Of a stretch of 64,000 nt of DNA, positions 58,385-64,000 are shown one piece after another. This stretch comes from Bacteroidales bacterium (GTDB lineage: Bacteria > Bacteroidota > Bacteroidia > Bacteroidales > VadinHA17). Each line of letters starts with the position of its first letter. Within the stretch, counting starts at the first letter, position 1. A program made the translations under genes and the position numbers. The stretch spans positions 10,917-74,916 of the forward strand of contig JAVEVC010000008.1 of NCBI GenBank assembly GCA_034005245.1. The letters are read 5' to 3'. The notes beneath the pieces were generated by a model that saw nothing but the letters and a program-made list of their open reading frames with translations, was not told the origin of the DNA and did no database searches.

Positions 58385-59170
58385 ATGTCAAAACGAATAG
58401 AAGATTTCAGGATCATTGATAACAAACGCTTGAACAGCGATTTGTTTGTTCTTGAGCTTAAATGCAATTCGACCCTTCCAGAGATAAAACCCGGGCAGTT
58501 TGTACAGGTAAGGATTGATGGAAGCCCTGAAACATTTCTTCGCAGACCCATTTCAGTTCATGATGTAAACATTGAATCTGACACAATTAAGTTGCTCATC
58601 CAGATTAAAGGCAAGGGAACTGAACGATTAAGCTTTCTTAGGTCAGGTGACATGCTAAACCTGATTTATCCTCTGGGTAATTCTTTCAGTATGCCTGAAC
58701 AGGGGGAGAAAATCCTCATTACCGGAGGCGGGTGTGGTGTTGCACCACTACTTTATCTTGGAAAATATTTGAAATCAATGAATTACAAGACAGATGTTCT
58801 TCTTGGATTCAAGAATGCAGACAGAATAGCTGAATATGACGAATACCAGATACTTGGAGACACTTATCTGACTACTGAAGATGGATCTGAAGGCGTCAAG
58901 GGAGTTGTCACAGATCATCCGGTGCTAAGGGAAAAACACTACGACCGTGTTTACTGCTGCGGTCCGGAACCTATGATGAAGGCTGTTGCTCATTATTGTC
59001 ATCAAAACGATATTCTGTGCGAGGTTTCCCTTGAACACCTAATGGCATGCGGTTTTGGCGTGTGTCTCTGCTGCGTTGTTGATACTTTGAAAGGTAATAT
59101 TTGCACCTGTACAGAAGGCCCTGTTTTTAATATATCAGATCTGCAATGGCAAACACCAGCATCTCAATAG
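58385..59170 (+). CDS. pyrK: Dihydroorotate dehydrogenase (class 1B) electron-transfer subunit
   Basis: 261 aa with RRPISV (FAD binding), GGGCGVAPL, and the C-terminal 2Fe-2S motif CGFGVCLCC...C. Confidence 0.9.
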   Translation: MSKRIEDFRIIDNKRLNSDLFVLELKCNSTLPEIKPGQFVQVRIDGSPETFLRRPISVHDVNIESDTIKLLIQIKGKGTERLSFLRSGDMLNLIYPLGNSFSMPEQGEKILITGGGCGVAPLLYLGKYLKSMNYKTDVLLGFKNADRIAEYDEYQILGDTYLTTEDGSEGVKGVVTDHPVLREKHYDRVYCCGPEPMMKAVAHYCHQNDILCEVSLEHLMACGFGVCLCCVVDTLKGNICTCTEGPVFNISDLQWQTPASQ

Positions 59171-60063
59171 GCAGCCTAAGGTTAAGGAATCCCGTACTTA
59201 CAGCTTCAGGTACATTTGGTTATGGCTCTGAATTTGATGATTTTATAGATATTTCAAAACTTGGAGGCATTATTGTAAAAGGGACTACATTTCTGCCCCG
59301 GGAAGGAAATCCTTATCCGAGGATGGCAGAAACCCCCTCAGGCATGCTTAATGCTGTTGGCTTGCAGAATAAGGGTATTGATTATTTCGAAGAGCATATC
59401 TACCCTGCTCTGGCAGCTTATGACACCAACGTCATAGTTAACGTCAACGGGAGTACGGTGGAAGACTATGTATTGCTTGCAGAACGCATAGACCAACTTG
59501 AGAAGATTGCAGGTGTAGAACTGAATATTTCATGTCCAAACGTAAAAATGGGAGGGATGGCTTTCGGCACAAATCCGGTTACTGCCCGTGAAGTTATCCG
59601 AATGGTTCGGGCTGTGTACAGGAAAGTGCTTATAGTAAAGCTTTCTCCCAATGTAACTGATATCACCGAGTTTGCCAGGATCGCTGAAGATGAAGGAGCT
59701 GATTCTGTTTCACTCATTAATACTGTTCTGGGCATGTCGCTTGATATTGAAAGAATAAAGCCTTCTCTTTCAACTTTCACCGGAGGCCTGTCAGGTCCCG
59801 CCATCAAACCAATAGCCGTCAGGATGGTCTGGCAGACTGCCATGGCGGTAAAAATACCGGTAATAGGGATTGGCGGAATCATGTCGCCTTCAGATGCCAT
59901 TGAGTTTATGCTGGCAGGAGCTTCTGCCATCCAGGTTGGAACAGCGTCCTTTATTAATCCTGAAATATCTGTCAGAATTGCAGGGGGAATCGAGGATTAT
60001 CTCAACAGTAGAGGATTTAACGATGTGAATGATATCGTCGGCTTGATTAACAAAGGAAGCTAG
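59146..60063 (+). CDS. pyrD: Dihydroorotate dehydrogenase (class 1B) catalytic subunit
   Basis: [33 protein letters not shown] and GIGGI blocks. It overlaps pyrK by 25 bp. Confidence 0.95.
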   Translation: MANTSISIGSLRLRNPVLTASGTFGYGSEFDDFIDISKLGGIIVKGTTFLPREGNPYPRMAETPSGMLNAVGLQNKGIDYFEEHIYPALAAYDTNVIVNVNGSTVEDYVLLAERIDQLEKIAGVELNISCPNVKMGGMAFGTNPVTAREVIRMVRAVYRKVLIVKLSPNVTDITEFARIAEDEGADSVSLINTVLGMSLDIERIKPSLSTFTGGLSGPAIKPIAVRMVWQTAMAVKIPVIGIGGIMSPSDAIEFMLAGASAIQVGTASFINPEISVRIAGGIEDYLNSRGFNDVNDIVGLINKGS

Positions 60064-60170
60064 TATTGATTTTTTTAGCGATAATCTTTTGTCATCCTAA
60101 AATTTCCTTCAATTTTTCCCATATTGCATATTTATTTCGTGATTTTCTTATCACCTTTTATTTTTTCCTT

Positions 60171-60178
60171 TAAATTTG
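60171..60178 (+). promoter_or_regulatory. -7 promoter box (TAAATTTG) upstream of the Lrp/AsnC gene
   Basis: TAnnTTTG match 51 nt upstream of the ATG at 60229. Confidence 0.3.
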
Positions 60179-60228
60179 GTACCGAGAATGACAAAAATTT
60201 GATATTCACTTAATAAACTTAATCTGTA

Positions 60229-60699
60229 ATGACTGAAAATGTACAAATTGACAATCTTGACCGGAAAATCCTCGACATAATTACCCAGAATGCCAGGATT
60301 CCTTACCTTGAGGTGGCACGTGAATGCAATGTATCAGGAGCCGCAATACATCAGAGAGTCCAGCGTCTCATACGAATAGGAGTAATCAAAGGTTCTGAAT
60401 TCAAGGTAGATCCGGTTCTGGTAGGCTTTAAAACCTGCGCCTATATAGGAATCTTTCTGGATCATCCCGGGCATTATCGTGAGGTTATCAAGAAATTCAG
60501 GGATATACCTGAAATCATTGAATGTCACTATACAACCGGCAACTATTCCCTTTTTATAAAGGTTTATACCCGTGATAATGAGCACCTGAGGGATATACTA
60601 ACAGACAGGATCCAGAATATCCCCGGAGTTGTTCGTACCGAAACCCTTATATCCCTTGAAGAGTCTATAAACAGGCAGATACCTGTGCTTTCAAAATAA
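60229..60699 (+). CDS. Lrp/AsnC-family transcriptional regulator
   Basis: 156 aa. LDRKILDIITQNARIPYLEVARECNVSGAAIHQRVQRL is the HTH, followed by a C-terminal RAM/ACT-like domain. Confidence 0.92.
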   Translation: MTENVQIDNLDRKILDIITQNARIPYLEVARECNVSGAAIHQRVQRLIRIGVIKGSEFKVDPVLVGFKTCAYIGIFLDHPGHYREVIKKFRDIPEIIECHYTTGNYSLFIKVYTRDNEHLRDILTDRIQNIPGVVRTETLISLEESINRQIPVLSK

Positions 60700-60772
60700 G
60701 ACTACTTGCCTATCCCATATCTCTTACACAACAAAGTCTGATTTCATGTTAATGACCTTAATACCATCTGTA

Positions 60773-61240
60773 ATGAAAAGAACATTCTTTCTTGCCTTCG
60801 CGATGATGATCCCTTTTATGGCTTCAGCTCAATTGCCTGACTTTACAGGGGCTTGGAAATTAAATAGTTCGAAGAGTCAACTAAACCAAGAGTTCACTAT
60901 GGCCCCTAATGAGATAATCATAGTGCAAAAGGGAAACAACCTGAGCGTTGAACGGCATTCCAGCTTTCAGTACCAGGAATTTACAACAACTGACAAATTC
61001 ACTCTCGACGGAAAAGAGTGCATTAATAAGGGATGGCAGGATTCGCAGAAGAAATCTACAGCCGTCTGGACAGATGATAAAAAATCATTGAAGATATCGA
61101 CCAAAATATCAGTTGGCGATGGAGGGGAAATGTCACTTACTGAAACATACAAGATGGATGGCAGCATCATGATCATTGATTCATATGCATCATCAGATTA
61201 TGGTGAGATGACGGAAACAATGGCTTACGACAGGAAATGA
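60773..61240 (+). CDS. Small secreted hypothetical protein
   Basis: Signal peptide MKRTFFLAFAMMIPFMASAQ from the ATG at 60773 (the track ORF starts at 60746). The mature part is beta-rich. No family recognised. Confidence 0.5.
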   Translation: MKRTFFLAFAMMIPFMASAQLPDFTGAWKLNSSKSQLNQEFTMAPNEIIIVQKGNNLSVERHSSFQYQEFTTTDKFTLDGKECINKGWQDSQKKSTAVWTDDKKSLKISTKISVGDGGEMSLTETYKMDGSIMIIDSYASSDYGEMTETMAYDRK

Positions 61241-61302
61241 ACTGCTTTTAGTTAATTTGTTATTTTTCTGACCTGGATTACTAAATTTCATATTGATGCA
61301 TC

Positions 61303-63318
61303 ATGAAGCTATTCCGTCATTTTAACAGGATTTCCTGTGTAACGACAATTATCTGTCGCTCAAAAGCCTATCTGTTTCTTCTGCTTCCATTTATGTTTTT
61401 TAATTGGCAGGCCTTTGCACAATCAGAGCTTATGGCATGGGGAAACCTGACAGGGATAAGGATTGACGGCCAGCTGATGGAATTCAGGTCTGACCTGAGA
61501 GTAGTGGAAAGCGGCTGGAGGAATTTTACCGCAACGGACAAGGAACGACAGCGTCCCAAATATGATCGTGACGGACTGAAACAGATCGTCACTACTGAAA
61601 TCAGCGGGATTAAATTTACAGAGATAGTTGAAGAATGTGGAAAGGGTAGTATCAAAATTGATCTGACCAGCATGGCTGAAAGAGATACAGTGGTTGAAGG
61701 AGTATTTTTTTGTATCGATCTTCCGGAAAAATGGTATTCCGACGGAAAGGTAAAATTCGGAGATGGCTCATCCCGGAAGAATACAGTTTACTTTAGGGAC
61801 CTTGTTGCCGGTGATAACCGGAATCCATTAAAGGTACGAACAAGCCTGATCGCTGCAGAATCAGATGATCGAAGCCTTGAAGTAACCTGCACTCCTGCGG
61901 CAACAGTATATCTGAGAAAAGATCATGACGGTCAGGGCGCCCAGCTTTATATTGAGCTCCTTGGGAAGAGAGTAAAAAAGGGGAGCAAAGATCGTAAACA
62001 AATTACCCTGACGGCAGGAGGTAAAATAGATAACTCTCCCGTTGAAATTACATTAAGGCCAAATGCTCCGGGAAGAAAATTCGATGGACTGGGAGGAAAT
62101 TTCAGATTACAGAATCCCGGAACAGACCCGTTGGTTATAAATTACTGTCTTGATAACCTTCGTGTTGCATGGGGACGGGTTGAGATGCCATGGAATTTCT
62201 GGCACCCCGAAGAAAATACTGATCCTGTCCAGACTGCATTGTCAGGAAATCTTCACCCCAGGGTTGACGACGCTATGAAGATGGCACAAAGACTCACTGC
62301 TATTGGAATGCCGGTGATCATAAGTGACTGGTCTGCACCCGGCTGGGCAATCCTCGGAGATCCACGTGATGCTTTCAGGCTAAGGTCGAAAGGAATTTAT
62401 GGCTATCAGCTTAATACACAGAAGATCGATAAGATCTACAAATCAATAGGTGATTATATAGAGTATCTAAAGAATTCATATGGCGTCGAAGCTGCGGCAT
62501 TTTCATTTAATGAGTCAGATCTGGGTATTAATGTAAGGCATACAGGCGAAGAACATGCTTCGTTTATTAAAGGCCTGGGAGCTCATCTGGCGTCAAGAGG
62601 TCTTTCAACAAAACTTCTACTTGGCGATAATTCAGACGCAACAACATTTGACTTCATAATTCCGGCAATGAATGATCCTGAGACTCACAAGTATATTCTT
62701 GCAGTATCTTTTCATTCATGGAGAGGCTGCGATGACGAAACCTTAAGGAAGTGGGACGGTGCTGCCAGGCAGCTTAATCTGCCTCTTATTGTGGGAGAAG
62801 GAAGCACTGATGCTGCTGCATGGAATTATCCTGAAATATTTTCAGAACAGTCTTTTGCCTTGTATGAGATAAACCTTTATACCCGCATATGTGCAATATG
62901 CCAGCCTCTTTCCATACTGCAATGGCAGCTTACAGCTGACTATTCTGTCCTGACAGGCGAGGGTGTCTTTGGCACCAAAGGCCCCCTGACGCCCACACAG
63001 CGTTTCTGGAACCTTAAACAGCTCGCCTCCACACCTGAACAGTCTTTCTCAATACCATTCACCAGCACCAGCGAAAGGATCAATTTTGCAGCTTTCGGCA
63101 ATCCAAGCAGGGGAGAATATGCATTCCACATTGTAAACAATGGGGCAGAATGCCCGGCTTCCATTAAAGGCATACCGGCAGGAATTGAATCCCTTGAACT
63201 ATTTGTAACCGACCGGAAAAGAGGGATGGAAAAGACAGGTGAGATAAAAGTTGTTAACGGAATAGCTGAGTTTAAGCTTTTGCCCGCCGGATTCACAACA
63301 TTGATAAACAAGAAATAA
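61303..63318 (+). CDS. Putative secreted glycoside hydrolase (distant GH30-like TIM barrel) with an N-terminal domain of unknown function
   Basis: 671 aa with a hydrophobic N-terminus. From residue ~265 it resembles clan GH-A/GH30 blocks (GLGGNFR, SDWSAPGW, FSFNESDLG, SFHSW, VGEGS). The family call is tentative. Confidence 0.5.
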   Translation: MKLFRHFNRISCVTTIICRSKAYLFLLLPFMFFNWQAFAQSELMAWGNLTGIRIDGQLMEFRSDLRVVESGWRNFTATDKERQRPKYDRDGLKQIVTTEISGIKFTEIVEECGKGSIKIDLTSMAERDTVVEGVFFCIDLPEKWYSDGKVKFGDGSSRKNTVYFRDLVAGDNRNPLKVRTSLIAAESDDRSLEVTCTPAATVYLRKDHDGQGAQLYIELLGKRVKKGSKDRKQITLTAGGKIDNSPVEITLRPNAPGRKFDGLGGNFRLQNPGTDPLVINYCLDNLRVAWGRVEMPWNFWHPEENTDPVQTALSGNLHPRVDDAMKMAQRLTAIGMPVIISDWSAPGWAILGDPRDAFRLRSKGIYGYQLNTQKIDKIYKSIGDYIEYLKNSYGVEAAAFSFNESDLGINVRHTGEEHASFIKGLGAHLASRGLSTKLLLGDNSDATTFDFIIPAMNDPETHKYILAVSFHSWRGCDDETLRKWDGAARQLNLPLIVGEGSTDAAAWNYPEIFSEQSFALYEINLYTRICAICQPLSILQWQLTADYSVLTGEGVFGTKGPLTPTQRFWNLKQLASTPEQSFSIPFTSTSERINFAAFGNPSRGEYAFHIVNNGAECPASIKGIPAGIESLELFVTDRKRGMEKTGEIKVVNGIAEFKLLPAGFTTLINKK

Positions 63319-63402
63319 AAAACATCAACGGATTGAATTTTTAATTCATGCTTAAATAATCCGAAGCAACTCTTGTAACTTCTTGAGGTTATGAACAGAT
63401 AC

Positions 63403-63435
63403 AAAAAAGAGGAATGCAGTGTTCCTCTTTTTTAT
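63403..63435. terminator. Bidirectional rho-independent terminator
   Basis: AAAAAAGAGGAA-tgcagtg-TTCCTCTTTTTT is an 8-bp stem flanked by A and T runs. It lies between the hydrolase stop (63318) and the 3' end of the minus-strand tRNA (63439). Confidence 0.7.
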
Positions 63436-63438
63436 TTG

Positions 63439-63511
63439 TGATCCAGCTGGGGCTCGAACCCAGGACCCCATCCTTAAAAGGGATGTGCTCTACCAGCTGA
63501 GCTACTGAATC
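63439..63511 (-). tRNA. tRNA-Lys (anticodon UUU)
   Basis: I folded the 73-nt cloverleaf by hand. Acceptor GATTCAG/CTGGATC (one G-U pair), D arm GCTC-AGCTGGTA-GAGC, anticodon arm CATCC-CTTTTAA-GGATG, T arm CTGGG-TTCGAGC-CCCAG, discriminator A. CCA is not encoded. Confidence 0.93.
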
Positions 63512-63535
63512 AGTCCTTTTATTTTTTTGCGAGTG

Positions 63536-63543
63536 CAAATTTA
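63536..63543 (-). promoter_or_regulatory. -7 promoter box (TAAATTTG on minus strand) upstream of tRNA-Lys
   Basis: TAnnTTTG match 24 nt upstream of the mature tRNA 5' end. Confidence 0.35.
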
Positions 63544-63656
63544 GAATAAAAATGTTGCTATGCAAAAAAATCTTTGTTTACTTATAGAATTGAAAATAAA
63601 TAGTATCAGATTAAAATTATTATTTTGCGGTTTGATAATCCGTAAAGTGATAATCC

Positions 63657-64000
63657 ATGAATGACCTGTTCAAAGGAAAAGTTGTAATTGTTACCGGTGC
63701 ATCTTCAGGCATTGGAGAAGCCATAGCCAGGGAATTTGCAAGAAATGGCAGCAAAGTAGTCCTGGCAGCACGAAGCGAATCGCGCCTTGCCAGCATTGTT
63801 GAATCGATAAAAAAGGACAACGGGGAAGCATTCTTTCTAAAAACAGATGTTTCGATAGAAGATGATTGCCGTAATCTGGTCGAAAAGACTGTCTCGAAAT
63901 ATGGGACTGTGAATATACTGGTAAATAATGCAGGTCTTTCAATGCGGGCAGCATTCCCTGATGTTGACCTTAAAGTTCTTCACAGGCTTATGGATGTAAA
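63657..64000 (+). CDS. Short-chain dehydrogenase/reductase (SDR), 3'-truncated by window edge
   Basis: The ATG at 63657 opens MNDLFKGKVVIVTGASSGIGEAIAREFARNGSKVVLAARS...NILVNNAG, with the classical TGxxxGxG and NNAG motifs. The frame is open to the window end, so it is absent from the ORF track. Confidence 0.85.
   Translation, partial: MNDLFKGKVVIVTGASSGIGEAIAREFARNGSKVVLAARSESRLASIVESIKKDNGEAFFLKTDVSIEDDCRNLVEKTVSKYGTVNILVNNAGLSMRAAFPDVDLKVLHRLMDV

Noticed and set aside
60200-60211. 12-mer TGATATTCACTT shared between 57532-57543 and the Lrp/AsnC upstream region
   Set aside because: My rough estimate is that many exact 12-mer coincidences are expected by chance in 64 kb on two strands, especially in AT-rich intergenic DNA. 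This is not evidence for a shared operator on its own.
63620-63954. Two minus-strand ORFs (66 and 87 aa) near the window end
   Set aside because: They are shadows of a plus-strand SDR gene (ATG at 63657, TGASSGIG...NNAG). That gene is missing from the ORF track only because it has no stop within the window.

Overview
This 64-kb chromosomal segment reads as a Bacteroidota genome, probably an anaerobic Bacteroidia-like organism. Supporting signs are a T9SS C-terminal sorting domain, TAnnTTTG -7 promoter boxes ahead of many genes, a type-A RNase P RNA, an ExbB-ExbD-ExbD-TonB cluster and a butyrate kinase pathway. About 55 tightly packed protein genes are mostly housekeeping: dnaX 3' part, secA, dapA, ligA, argS, ffh, folD, aroE, truA, queA, kdsA, rarA, pta-ackA-ptb-ptb-buk and pyrK-pyrD. 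rnpB and tRNA-Lys(UUU) are also present. I found no CRISPR array, transposase, integrase, prophage or recognisable defence gene. The items most worth a second look follow. (1) At 12.85-17.97 kb there is an atypical AmmeMemoRadiSam operon. It has a Memo-AMMECR1 fusion with a Sec-like signal peptide and a radical SAM enzyme with an N-terminal Tat-like extension. Between them sits an 814-aa polytopic membrane protein with a His-bearing N-terminal helical module and a degenerate spermidine-synthase-like domain. (2) dnaX carries an E. coli-type A_AAA_AAG slippery heptamer inside an A10 run, with near-immediate stops in both alternative frames. (3) A single five-gene acetate plus butyrate acyl-phosphate operon has two diverged ptb paralogs. 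(4) An orphan phosphosulfolactate synthase (ComA) is present. (5) A Na+/solute symporter sits with a Tat-signal TIM-barrel enzyme and an aldolase. (6) A 0.6-kb AT-rich spacer carries related palindromes upstream of an XRE regulator. All family assignments come from motif recognition by eye on the supplied translations. No database search or structure prediction was run.
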